Below, one piece after another: positions 17,438-27,259 of a stretch of DNA of 42,752 bases. The stretch's first letter is position 1, and each line of letters opens with the position of its first letter. The notes beneath the pieces are model-generated. The model did not search any database and was not told the origin of the DNA. It was given only the letters and a program-made list of their open reading frames with translations. The stretch is from Candidatus Eiseniibacteriota bacterium (GTDB taxonomy: Bacteria; Orphanbacterota; Orphanbacteria; Orphanbacterales; Orphanbacteraceae). A program made the translations under genes and the position numbers. The DNA lies in contig JBDROZ010000058.1 in the NCBI GenBank assembly GCA_043809585.1, forward strand, positions 1-42,752, given 5' to 3'.

Positions 17438-20400
17438 CTATCGTAGAAGCGTCATCCTTCTGGTTCCGATCTCGCTTCCCGCTTTCAGCTGGCAGAAGTA
17501 GATCCCCGAGGGGACCGGTTTCCCCTGCCCGTCCGTGCCGTCCCAGACGACGCGGTGGGCTCCGGATTCCAACTCCGCCTGAACGAGCCGTCTCACCAAC
17601 CTCCCTTCGATCCCGTAGACGGTCAACTCCACGAAGCCCCGGCCGGCGATATGAAACGCGATTTCGGTGGAAGGGTTGAAAGGGTTCGGCCGGTTCGCCT
17701 CGAGACCGAACGTCACCGCTCCGGGCGCCTCGGATGCTACGGTCGTGGAGTAATCCCCGATGCCCGTGCACGGGAAGACCGAGCAACCGGCGGCACCGGT
17801 CGCGATCGCGCATGTGCGCACTCCGACTTCGGTCGGCGCGAACCGTACCGCGACGACCAGCTCTTCCCCCTGGCCGAGGAGGAACGGGCCCCCTCCCGAC
17901 ACGATCTCGAAGTCGTCGCACGATTCCGTGATGTCCCCCTCGAGATCCGCCGTACCGGCATTGACGATCGACCAGGAGGCTTCCGCGGTATCGCCGACGG
18001 GCACCGCTCCGAAGTCGAGAGTGTCCGGCAGCAGCTGGCAGAGCGGCAGAGCCTCCATTCCGCCGACCCGGACGTAATCAATGAGTCCCAGAAAGACGTT
18101 GTTCGCGTGGTTGTTCACGTTGGCGCCGATGGTAAAGGCCCCGTCGGAAGTCCTGATCTCGTCCCCCTCGTACAGATACCGGTCCGGCGTCAGTTGGGAT
18201 TGGTCGGAATCCGTGGCGTCGGCGAGCCCCGCCCAGTTCTCTCCCCCGTCATCCCCTTCGGGCCCGAGATCGTCGACCCATATTTCTCCCGGGATGCCGC
18301 CCGCCTTTTCCGAATTCCAGATGATTCTGATGTGATACCAGTGGTCCGATACGATCGGGTACTGGACGCAGTCGGTCAACACCGGCTTCCAGCCGTTTCC
18401 TCCGTGATTGTCGACGACGGCCACCCACAACGCTATGGAAGCGGTCCCGTCGGGGGCTTCGTAGTTCTCCCAGCTGTTGTCGCGCCACACCGAAACCTGG
18501 TAGTTCCCGCCCTGGTCCCTGGCGAGCACCCGCTTGATGTAGGCGCCGGAGCCCTCCATGCCGCTTGGCTTGATCATCGTCTCGATGGTCAGGGCGGTGC
18601 TCGCTTTTAAACAGGAGACGTTCGTCGTGAAGTCGATGTAGTTGTCCACCCCGTCGCCGTGGAAGAGCCCGTCGCCGGGCAAGGTCTCGGACGGATCATT
18701 CACCGTCCCGGCCATCGTCCGCCCGTCGTCCAGAACGTAGGGGGACCCGGCGGCCTCGTTCAGCTCGAAAGCCGCCTCTCCCTCGGGGCATCCGGTGCGG
18801 AGCCTGATCACCACACCGTCGATTCCGGCGCCGTTGTCGTATTCGTCGAACATGGCTCCCGGCGCCGTCGAGAGTTCGTCGACAAGGATGTCGTCGACGG
18901 CGTCGAGAGGCGAACTCAGCGTCAAGGTCGCTTCCTCCGCGCCGGGTACGTGCACGACGCCGGTGATCGTGCGGCCGTCGTCGTTGTCGGTGAGCACGAA
19001 GTCGGACGGCTCGAGCGCCCCCGCCATCCCCGGATTCGCCCAGACGCCCTCCGAGAAGGTCACGAGCAGCTCGTCCGAGCCGAACATGCCCTCCGCCTCG
19101 GCGATGCGCGGGGGACATTGAGAATCGGCGGTCTCGAAATACGCCGAGTCCTTGGTCACATTCCAGATCTTCACCTCGTCGAGCCGTCCTACGAAGTTAC
19201 CGTTCGGATCCGACCAGTTCATCCCGCCCACGGAAAGGGCGGAGGCGCACCAATGATCTTCGTAGCACACGCCGACCGGATCGTCGTTATGGTCGCTGAA
19301 CGGGAACATCGCGTTTTCGCCGGCCCCCGGCTGGGCCCAGCAGGTGCTCTCTTCGGGATACCCGGTGGTGACGTCTTCCCCGTTGAGGTAGATCCTGATC
19401 CTGCCGACGGTGACGTCGGTCGAATCCCGGTCCGGAAGAGCGGAATCGTAGGTCGCCGCGACGTGGCTCCACTCGTTCAACGGGAGCGGGACGGAGCTGA
19501 AGGCGCCCCGGAGACCGTTGCAGTCCTCGGCGTCCCACACACCGACCTCGCCGCCTCCGTTGACGTTCGTCAGAAGGCCCGCCCGCAGGGCTCCGCCCAG
19601 CTCTTTGAGCACCAAGGCATAGCCGCCGTCCGTGTAGGTGTGCTTGGCGAGGATCTTCCTCTCGCCGGTATCGACCGTCGGGTACACCCAGGCCTCCAGG
19701 GTCATGTGGTGCTTCATCTCGGTGTACTTCCACGTGCCGTGGTGGCCTTCGTCGGTCGACCAATAGGAGTTTCGTGTGCCGACCTCCACCGGATGATCGG
19801 ATACCTCGATGCAGCCGTCGAATCGGCCCGTGGCATAGGAGCCCGCCGCGACCCGCCCTACGCCGTGCATCCTCCAGGTGCCCGAGTCGTTGAGGTTGTT
19901 GTCGAACTTCATATCGACCACGAGATCGTGGTCGAAGGCCCTGGTCCCGCCTGCGCCCGTGTTGTTGCTCATCCGATGGATCGAATTGGCGACGTGGCAG
20001 CTCGCGTTTCCGCAGCTCATCCCGGCGTGCCAGTCGCTGTAGTAGTAGTGGCAGTTGTTGCACATCGTGTTCCAGATGACGCTGCCGGGGCCGCCGTTCA
20101 CGGTCCCCTTCAGCTTGCTTCCGATTCCGGCTTCATGGGTCACGTGGCAGTCGGTGCAGGAGGTCACGAAGTTCGCGCCGCCGATCCGCTCCTCCTGGTC
20201 GAACGGCTGCCTCGAGAAGATCTGTTCCCCCCGCCCACGGGGAAGAACGGGCCACGTATCCTCGAGATTCTCGTCGCCGTCCCACCCTTCGCCCTTGCCG
20301 CACCCGTACCAGTCCGGTACGGTGCCCCCGCCGTTCGGGATGTTGGCCGAATTCAGCCCGTGCGGATCTCCGGTCCAGCCGATGTCGCCGTGGGGCCCGA

Positions 20401-22063
20401 ACTCCGCGACCGGTTCTCCGTGGCAGTCGAGGCAGAACGTCGGATAGTCGGGCAGAACGGATCCGCTCAGGCTGTCGCTCTTCGGGGTTCGGTAGGTGCC
20501 GCTCCCCGCGTAATCTTCCATCTTCTCGCCCGGCTCGTCTCCCCAGACATTCGTGATGTCCGAAGGCAGGGACAAGGGGCTCTTGTCGGGATTCGAGTTC
20601 GAGAACATGCCGGTGATCGTGTGGATATTGTGGCACGAGGTGCACTCGAGACTGTAGGTCTTGCCGCCTCTTCCGAAGTGGATTCCGGCCGCGTGGGCTT
20701 CATGGCCGCCGTGGCATTGGCCGCACAGGTCTTCTTTGTCCGCTACGGTCATGGCCGGATAGGCGCCCCCGAGTCCATGGACGTCGTGACATACGGTGCA
20801 CAGAGTGCCGCCGTGCGCACCGGCCTCGAACGAGCCCGAGTCGACGTAGAATCGAGGATCCGCGGTCGCCTCGTCTCCGGGGGGATGGCATTGATTGCAG
20901 CTGGAGTTGTCCTGGTCGTTCCCGTGGCCCGCGGGGAGCCTCGGGGAGGTTCCCGCCATGTGGTCCAGATGGGCCTCTGCGGGCTCGCCCGCATGGCAAC
21001 GTGTGCAGCCGCCCACGTCCGCCGCGGGGTTGCCGTTCTCCTCGAAGGCCTGCCAGTTCATTCTGGGATACGATCCGGAGGCCGCCGGGCGTCCGTGCCC
21101 GTTGATGAAGTAGCCGTAGGTCGAGTCGTCGCCCAGCATGTCGGGTGCGTACACCCCTCCCACGGAGTCCTGCCGGCTGTAAGCCGGGGCATCATCGTGG
21201 CAGCCGGCGCACCACAGTTCCATACCGGCGGCGAGGAAAAGGCTGTCGGCGTATACGCCGTATCTCCAGTTGTGGCCCGGTTCCCCCCCGTTTCCCTGCC
21301 GCGCCCCGATCTCCTGATCGTCGAGCCCGTCGAACGCGCCGTCCGGGCTGTGGCAGTTGTCGCACACGTCCGTCTCCGAAAGACCGTAGGGAGGACTTCC
21401 GCTTCCCGACTTGAAGAAGGGGTAGTTCTGGGTGTCGTGGCAGTCGCCGCACTCGAGCAAGGGACCGCGAAGGTCGTCCGCGTCGTTTTCGGTGTGTGTC
21501 GAGTGTCCGATGGAGGTGCCTGCACCTTCCGAGAATAGTCCCTCGGCATACTCGTATCCCTCGTCATGACCGTGACACGGCTCACAGCCGGAACCGTTTC
21601 CCCCTCCGTGCGACACGGGGATGTGATGGTCGTGGCACCCGGTGCAGAGGAGCGGCGATCCTTCGGCATGTCCCCCCGTCGGCGGTCCGGGCGCCGGTGC
21701 GGTGTTCCCGTCGTGGCAGTAAAGGCAGAACGCGCGTTTCTCCTCGACCGTCTGGTACGGAAGAAAGAGGTAGGGCCAATCGAAGTTCATCTCGTGACAG
21801 TGAAGGCAGTCCCCTCGGGGCTCATCGGGGAGGCGGAAGACGCCCGTCACGGAGTCGCCGTGCGCGCCCCTCTCGTAATAGGGTATCGCGTGGCATTCGC
21901 TGCATGACTCTGTCATCCGGAGTCCGTCGTCGGCGAGGACCGGGCACGAGGGACCGGTTCCCGGCGCTCTGTCTGCGGCGGCGGCAGTATTCGGGCCCGC
22001 GAAGAAAGCGGCTACCGCAAGGACTCCGACGACGGCGAGGTTCCGGGGGGATGGCCTCCTCAT
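17438..22063 (-). CDS. Large secreted multiheme c-type cytochrome (16 CxxCH + 1 CX4CH) with two LamG-like domains, an ASH-type Ig domain and a C-terminal FlgD-Ig domain
   Basis: ATG 22063 after GAGGAG, then a signal peptide. Heme motifs from CSECH to CNNCH plus CGNASCH. LamG motifs MTLEAWVYP, WSHVAATYD, FVGRLDEVKIWN and ALTIETMIKP. LDFGAVPVG...IVNAG. NPFNPST...WDGTD..G..VPSGIYF. Confidence 0.9.
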   Translation of the reverse strand: MRRPSPRNLAVVGVLAVAAFFAGPNTAAAADRAPGTGPSCPVLADDGLRMTESCSECHAIPYYERGAHGDSVTGVFRLPDEPRGDCLHCHEMNFDWPYLFLPYQTVEEKRAFCLYCHDGNTAPAPGPPTGGHAEGSPLLCTGCHDHHIPVSHGGGNGSGCEPCHGHDEGYEYAEGLFSEGAGTSIGHSTHTENDADDLRGPLLECGDCHDTQNYPFFKSGSGSPPYGLSETDVCDNCHSPDGAFDGLDDQEIGARQGNGGEPGHNWRYGVYADSLFLAAGMELWCAGCHDDAPAYSRQDSVGGVYAPDMLGDDSTYGYFINGHGRPAASGSYPRMNWQAFEENGNPAADVGGCTRCHAGEPAEAHLDHMAGTSPRLPAGHGNDQDNSSCNQCHPPGDEATADPRFYVDSGSFEAGAHGGTLCTVCHDVHGLGGAYPAMTVADKEDLCGQCHGGHEAHAAGIHFGRGGKTYSLECTSCHNIHTITGMFSNSNPDKSPLSLPSDITNVWGDEPGEKMEDYAGSGTYRTPKSDSLSGSVLPDYPTFCLDCHGEPVAEFGPHGDIGWTGDPHGLNSANIPNGGGTVPDWYGCGKGEGWDGDENLEDTWPVLPRGRGEQIFSRQPFDQEERIGGANFVTSCTDCHVTHEAGIGSKLKGTVNGGPGSVIWNTMCNNCHYYYSDWHAGMSCGNASCHVANSIHRMSNNTGAGGTRAFDHDLVVDMKFDNNLNDSGTWRMHGVGRVAAGSYATGRFDGCIEVSDHPVEVGTRNSYWSTDEGHHGTWKYTEMKHHMTLEAWVYPTVDTGERKILAKHTYTDGGYALVLKELGGALRAGLLTNVNGGGEVGVWDAEDCNGLRGAFSSVPLPLNEWSHVAATYDSALPDRDSTDVTVGRIRIYLNGEDVTTGYPEESTCWAQPGAGENAMFPFSDHNDDPVGVCYEDHWCASALSVGGMNWSDPNGNFVGRLDEVKIWNVTKDSAYFETADSQCPPRIAEAEGMFGSDELLVTFSEGVWANPGMAGALEPSDFVLTDNDDGRTITGVVHVPGAEEATLTLSSPLDAVDDILVDELSTAPGAMFDEYDNGAGIDGVVIRLRTGCPEGEAAFELNEAAGSPYVLDDGRTMAGTVNDPSETLPGDGLFHGDGVDNYIDFTTNVSCLKASTALTIETMIKPSGMEGSGAYIKRVLARDQGGNYQVSVWRDNSWENYEAPDGTASIALWVAVVDNHGGNGWKPVLTDCVQYPIVSDHWYHIRIIWNSEKAGGIPGEIWVDDLGPEGDDGGENWAGLADATDSDQSQLTPDRYLYEGDEIRTSDGAFTIGANVNNHANNVFLGLIDYVRVGGMEALPLCQLLPDTLDFGAVPVGDTAEASWSIVNAGTADLEGDITESCDDFEIVSGGGPFLLGQGEELVVAVRFAPTEVGVRTCAIATGAAGCSVFPCTGIGDYSTTVASEAPGAVTFGLEANRPNPFNPSTEIAFHIAGRGFVELTVYGIEGRLVRRLVQAELESGAHRVVWDGTDGQGKPVPSGIYFCQLKAGSEIGTRRMTLLR

Positions 22064-22340
22064 CGTGCTTCTCCTCTTTCTGTTCCGTCCCCCATCATGG
22101 AGGAAACTGGGACCGTGCAACGGGAACTCTGTTCGGCAAACAGAGACTATTATGATATCACGAATCAGGTATTGGCGTGGCATGGAGAGAGACGCCTGTG
22201 GGCGGTTATCGATTAACGCGAGGCAAATGTGATTTCGTAGCCGGATCCAATCATCCGGGGACGTTCCCATGGCAGACGCAGGTCCAGAATCTACCCGGAT
22301 TCCCCACTCCCCGGCAAGCCAACGGGGAGGACATATGCCC

Positions 22341-24674
22341 TTATCTCAGCCTGACGATCTTTCGCGTTTCCTTCAGGTCCGCGGCCTTCATCCGAACGAA
22401 GTAGACCCCCGGCGGCACATCCCTCCCCGAATCGTCCCTCCCGTCCCATATCACCGGATCCGGATGGAACCCCTCGTACGAGTGGACGTGGGGGAAGCTC
22501 TTCACGAGCCGCCCCGCCACGTTGAAGATGTCCAGCTCGACCCGGGTGATCTCGTACTCCACCGATCCCTCTCCGGCGAACCGGGGCGACTCCCCGACGT
22601 TCGGGTTCGGCAGGGCGTCCTCTCCGTCCGGTTTTCCGTCGATCGCCGTCTGATCGAGCGGAAAGCCCCGGGGGACGAGGTAGGAGATCACCGTCTCCGT
22701 CCGGAACGGGTTCGGCGTCGCGAAGGAGAGGTACGACCCCTTCCGGATCGGCGAAGGGGAGACGAGCTCGGTGGTCCAGTTCCAGGTGAGACCGAGGGCC
22801 GACGCCTCGAGCCGGTACGAGTACGCCTTGCCCGGGATCGCCCCCTCGTCGTAAAACTCCTCTCGCGATTCATCCTCCAGGACGAAGGTCCGGAACACTT
22901 CCTCGGTCCCGTCGCCCGCCTTGCGGTAGACCGTCGCGTCCGCGCCGAGCGCCCCGCCCCGAATACGATAGGAGAGCCTGACGCGTCCGTCGTAGTCCGG
23001 TTCCGCTTCGAACTCGTGGAGGGCGATCGCCTTCACGTAGAGTTCGATCGTCTTGTCCGGATAGTAAGGGCCGGTCGTGTTGCCCACGCTGTTCACCGCG
23101 CGGACCGTGACGTAGTGGTGCCCGCCGTAGAGGGAGTCCGGCAGAAAGGAGTAGTTGACGAACGTCGGATCGGCCGAGTGGTATCCCCCCTCCGGATCGG
23201 CGGAATACCAGAGAGGAAGACCCTCGCCGTCGGTCGTCGTGTCGATCCGGTAGAGGACGTGCTCGATCGTGTTGAAGGTGATTTTGGGCGAGAGCTCCCC
23301 GTTCCGCCGGATGTGATTGTACTCGGCCATCTCCGCGGCGACGCCGCTGATCACCGGGTAGATGGTGGTGACCGTGTCGGGGAGTGGGTCGACGGAGACA
23401 TAAGGGTCCGTGTCGGCGATGTCGGGGATGTCGTCCTCGTCCTCATCGAGGAGCCCCATCTGGCCGAGGGTGAAACCGCAGACGTTCGCGCCCGGGATGT
23501 CCATGCAGCAGGAGACCCGCTGACGGACAAAGCAGATTCCGCCGTTGAAGAGGCTGTTGTGGTTGACCACGTCGTGATACCCGGCCCGGGCGTCGCAGCG
23601 CGCCGCCGTCCCGAACGCCGATCCGGGCGCGTACTCGTCGAGGGCCCAGAAGAGATGGGCGAACTCGTGGATCAGGAGGTGGGAAAGCCAGACGGAGCCG
23701 GCCACGAGCCGGTTCCCCTCCTTCTGCACGCCCGAGGGGCAGACCGCGTAGGGCCCGCCGTGCCGGGCGTAGGCGATGGACCCCGCGAAATTGGGCGCGT
23801 CGGGAATGAAGAGGCAAGTCCCCCACTCGGTGCCGAACCGGGTCCGAAGCGTGTCGACGTACTCGTAGACCGGCTCCCAAGGATCGCCCTTCGGGGACCA
23901 GTAGTATCCGAGCCCGTTCATGATCTCGTGGACCCACAGGTCCTCGTCGCGCTGGGGGTGGTTGTTGGCGAACGCGTAGGAGCAGTCGACGCCGGATTGA
24001 ATGTCATAAACGAAGCGGACTCCGAGGTAGTCCACCTCGGTCTCCCAGTAGTCCATGCATCCACGGACGGCGGCGAGCACGTTCACCACATCGTCCTCCG
24101 AGTAGGCGAAGCCGGGGGAGTCCGCCATGATGACGCCGACCGAGATCCGCCCGAGAAAGATCTCCGAGGTCTGCCAGAAACTCGCCCCGTAGGCCGAACC
24201 GTAGGTCTTCGGCTCCCCGTCGGCTCCTTTCGGGGCGCGCCCGCTCTCCACGTCGGGGTGGGGGAGGAGCCCGTCCGCGAAGGGAATGGTCTTGGCGGAG
24301 GGGGGAAGACCCACGGGGAGCCGCTCCTCGTTCCACGACCGGGCGAGGAGATTCCGCCGGGCGGCGGCCTTCCCGTGACCCGCCGGCCGGGCCGGCTTCC
24401 TGTGGATGCGCACGACCCGGGGGTCGGCGGCGATCGCCCCTTCGAGGTCCTCCGGGACGTCGCCGATCACCACGTCGGGCGGGTAGATGTGAGGGAGGCG
24501 GGCGCCGGCGGCGCTCCATTCATCGACGAACGCCCAGAGGCCGTCCATGTCCTCCACGCGGACTTCGAGAAAGACATTCCCCGTGTCGCCAGGCCCCCCG
24601 GCCGCAGCCGTCCCGGGAATCACCGCGAGAAGCGGAAGGGCGAGGAGGGCGAGTTGTCGGAGGACGCGAAACAT
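22341..24674 (-). CDS. Secreted zinc metalloprotease-like protein (HEFAHLFWALDEY) with C-terminal FlgD-Ig domain; paralog A
   Basis: ATG 24674 (MFRVLRQLALLALPLLAV) is a signal peptide. HExxH...DE motif, Cys-rich segment, DxDxDxIPD Ca-loop, PNPF...WDGRDDSG..VPPGVYF tail. Confidence 0.85.
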   Translation of the reverse strand: MFRVLRQLALLALPLLAVIPGTAAAGGPGDTGNVFLEVRVEDMDGLWAFVDEWSAAGARLPHIYPPDVVIGDVPEDLEGAIAADPRVVRIHRKPARPAGHGKAAARRNLLARSWNEERLPVGLPPSAKTIPFADGLLPHPDVESGRAPKGADGEPKTYGSAYGASFWQTSEIFLGRISVGVIMADSPGFAYSEDDVVNVLAAVRGCMDYWETEVDYLGVRFVYDIQSGVDCSYAFANNHPQRDEDLWVHEIMNGLGYYWSPKGDPWEPVYEYVDTLRTRFGTEWGTCLFIPDAPNFAGSIAYARHGGPYAVCPSGVQKEGNRLVAGSVWLSHLLIHEFAHLFWALDEYAPGSAFGTAARCDARAGYHDVVNHNSLFNGGICFVRQRVSCCMDIPGANVCGFTLGQMGLLDEDEDDIPDIADTDPYVSVDPLPDTVTTIYPVISGVAAEMAEYNHIRRNGELSPKITFNTIEHVLYRIDTTTDGEGLPLWYSADPEGGYHSADPTFVNYSFLPDSLYGGHHYVTVRAVNSVGNTTGPYYPDKTIELYVKAIALHEFEAEPDYDGRVRLSYRIRGGALGADATVYRKAGDGTEEVFRTFVLEDESREEFYDEGAIPGKAYSYRLEASALGLTWNWTTELVSPSPIRKGSYLSFATPNPFRTETVISYLVPRGFPLDQTAIDGKPDGEDALPNPNVGESPRFAGEGSVEYEITRVELDIFNVAGRLVKSFPHVHSYEGFHPDPVIWDGRDDSGRDVPPGVYFVRMKAADLKETRKIVRLR

Positions 24675-24763
24675 GAGGGACCTCCCGGTGAGCGAAGGGG
24701 GGAACGTGTCTGCCAGTGTACACGCGACGGCGCCGGCCCGTCCACCCGGGGAAGCTCGGCCGG

Positions 24764-27112
24764 TCAATCGAGGAGAATCACCTTCCGCGATTCGGACAGG
24801 TCCCCCGAGCGCATACGCACGAAATAGACGCCCGCGGGGAGCCTTCGCCCCGAATCGTCCCGTCCGTCCCAGAGGACGGGGTCGACGAAGATTCCCTCGT
24901 AGGCGTGAATCCGGGGGAATGTGCGCACCCGGCGTCCGGCGAGGTTGAACACGTCCAGCTCCACCCGGGCCTGTTCGTACTTGGCGGACCCGAAACTCGG
25001 GGCGCCCGACGGTTTCCCTCCCGTGACCCTCCGTTCGACATCGCTCCCCCGGGGAACGACGAAGGAGATGACCGTCCCCTCCCGAATCGGATTCGGCGTG
25101 ACCCGGGAGAGGAAGTTCCCCCGGACGATCGGCGCGGGCGCACGGATCTCGGATTCGTAGTTCCAGACCATGCCGAGGGCGGACACCTCGAGCCTGTAGA
25201 TCCGGTCCTGACCGGGGAGGGATGCGTCGTCGACGATCGTCTTGGCGCTGTTCTCCTCGAGGGGGAAGGCGGCTACCAGTTCTTCGCTCTCGCCCGGCTC
25301 CGAGCGGTAGAGCCTCGCCTCGGCGCCGAAGGTCCCGCCCCGGACGCGGAACGAGATCCGCACATCCCCGTCGTAATCGGGCAAGGCGGTGAAATCGTGG
25401 AGGGCGATCGCCTTGACGAAGACCGAATCCCGATGCTCCAAGGCGCTCGACCGGTTCCCCATGGTGTTGACGGCACGAAGGGTGATGAGATGGTCCCCCC
25501 CCGTCAGCGAATCGGGGACGAAGGAGAAGGAGACGACCGTGGTGTCCTTTCCCCACCCCCCCGGCGGGTCGGCGGATAACCAGAGCTCGTTCCCTTCCTC
25601 GTCGGTCATCTCGTCGATCCGGTAGATCACGTGCTCGATAGTGTTGAACGTGACGTCGTTCCGCCGGTCCTGGGGGCGGAACGACTTGTGGGCGCCCACC
25701 CCCGAATACTCGGCGTAGTTCACGAGGGGCATGCACGCGGCCTTTCCCTCGATGACCGGGTGGACGGTGGTGATCGTGTCGGGGAGAAGGTCGTCCCCCA
25801 CCCTCGGCGGGCCGACGTACGGGTGTGTGTCGAGCACGTCGGGTATGTTGTCTTCGTCCCGGTCCCGGAGGCCCACCATGGCGAGGGTGTACTCGCACAC
25901 CCGCGGCGTGGGGATCTCCATGCAGCAGTCGACGTGGACCGGGTCGCACAAATAGTCCCGGTTCATGCTGTTCTTGTTGAACACGTTCAGATAGCCGGAA
26001 CGGATGTGGCAGGGGACGCAGAAGCCGCTCTTGCACGATTCGTCGAGGGCCCAGAAGAGATGGCCCGTCTCGTGGATCAGGACGTGAGTGAGCCAGACCT
26101 CGCCCCCCACGAGCCAGCCCCCGTCCTTCTGGATGCCCGACGCGGCGACCGTGTAGGGCCCGCCGAGCCGTGAGTACGAGTCGTACTCCGCCCGGAGGGA
26201 GGGCACCTTCGGGATGAACAGACAGATGCCCCATTCGGCGCGGAACGCGGTTCGGAGGGAGTCGACGTATTCGTAGACCGGGTACTCCGCCTGCCGCTCC
26301 GGCGTCCAGGTGAAGCCCATCTCCTCCATCGCATCGAGGATCCAGCGGTCCTCCTCGATCCGGGGATGGCGGCTCCGAAAATCGAAGTCGATCCGGACCT
26401 GATTGTGCATATGATAGACGAACCGCGCTCCGGGCAAGAAGGGCCGGGCCCGGCCGGACCAGAAGTCCATGGCCCCCCGGACCTGGGCGTGGATGGACGC
26501 CATCTCGGCGCTCGAGTACGTGCCCCCCGGATACTCGGGGAGCACGACGCCGACGGCGATGTTCCCGAGCATCCACTCCGAAGTCTGGTAAAAACCGGCG
26601 CCGAACGCCCTGCCATAGGTTTTCGGCCGGTCCCCCTCCGGGTAGGGAGGGGGCGGGCTTTTCCCCGCGGCGGCGGGCGGGAGCAAGAGACCCCCGTGAG
26701 GGCCGGATCCGCCCGGCGCCGCCTCTTCCGGCTCGGCAAACCAGGAAAGGGCGATCAGCCCCCGGTGATCTCCGGATTTCGCGGGAGGGGGATCTCCCTT
26801 TCGATGGAGCCGCTCGACCCGCGCATCGGCGACGAGGGAGGTCTCCAGGGAGGGGGGGACGTCGCCGATCAGGACGTCCGGCGGGTAGACGTGGGGGAAG
26901 CGGGCCCCCGCCTCTTCCCAGCGCCCGACGAACGCCCAAAGATCGTCCACGGAACCGCTCCGGAGGCGGACGAGCGCATCGCCGGTCCCTCCGGACGCGG
27001 TAGGGGCGGAGATCAGTAGACAAAAAAAGATCCATGGGAGGGCCGGGCGTCCGGACGCGGGACCGCCCGATCCGTCCGCGCGGCGGCGGGCACCATGGGC
27101 CAGGCGAAGCAC
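24764..27112 (-). CDS. Secreted zinc metalloprotease-like protein (HETGHLFWALDES) with C-terminal FlgD-Ig domain; paralog B
   Basis: GTG start after GGAGGAGG. Colinear with paralog A (PHVYPPDV.IGDVP, VYEYVD.LRT.F..EWG.CLFIP, TFNTIEHV.YRID, VKAIALH.F...PDYDG, WDGRDDSG). Confidence 0.85.
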   Translation of the reverse strand: MLRLAHGARRRADGSGGPASGRPALPWIFFCLLISAPTASGGTGDALVRLRSGSVDDLWAFVGRWEEAGARFPHVYPPDVLIGDVPPSLETSLVADARVERLHRKGDPPPAKSGDHRGLIALSWFAEPEEAAPGGSGPHGGLLLPPAAAGKSPPPPYPEGDRPKTYGRAFGAGFYQTSEWMLGNIAVGVVLPEYPGGTYSSAEMASIHAQVRGAMDFWSGRARPFLPGARFVYHMHNQVRIDFDFRSRHPRIEEDRWILDAMEEMGFTWTPERQAEYPVYEYVDSLRTAFRAEWGICLFIPKVPSLRAEYDSYSRLGGPYTVAASGIQKDGGWLVGGEVWLTHVLIHETGHLFWALDESCKSGFCVPCHIRSGYLNVFNKNSMNRDYLCDPVHVDCCMEIPTPRVCEYTLAMVGLRDRDEDNIPDVLDTHPYVGPPRVGDDLLPDTITTVHPVIEGKAACMPLVNYAEYSGVGAHKSFRPQDRRNDVTFNTIEHVIYRIDEMTDEEGNELWLSADPPGGWGKDTTVVSFSFVPDSLTGGDHLITLRAVNTMGNRSSALEHRDSVFVKAIALHDFTALPDYDGDVRISFRVRGGTFGAEARLYRSEPGESEELVAAFPLEENSAKTIVDDASLPGQDRIYRLEVSALGMVWNYESEIRAPAPIVRGNFLSRVTPNPIREGTVISFVVPRGSDVERRVTGGKPSGAPSFGSAKYEQARVELDVFNLAGRRVRTFPRIHAYEGIFVDPVLWDGRDDSGRRLPAGVYFVRMRSGDLSESRKVILLD

Positions 27113-27163
27113 GAGGCACCTCCTCCCGAGGAGGTGAACGGGGCAACCAAGGGAATCTACACC

Positions 27164-27193
27164 AACTTACCCGCCGGACCGCCCTGTTGTCAA
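27164..27193 (-). promoter_or_regulatory. Putative sigma70 promoter for the protease pair
   Basis: TTGACA-N18-TAAGTT on the minus strand. Confidence 0.45.
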
Positions 27194-27259
27194 TGGGGCT
27201 CGGGGAGCGGGAAGACGGTGCGCGGGCGCCACGCGGTCCATGTCGTCATGAAATGAGGT

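Noticed and set aside
24675-27146. 1601-aa ORF suggesting one giant protein or a frameshift fusion of the two proteases
   Set aside because: The first 824 codons are an R/P/G-rich alternative frame over paralog B. Real protein starts at ATG 24674 with its own signal peptide, and no slippery site was recognised.
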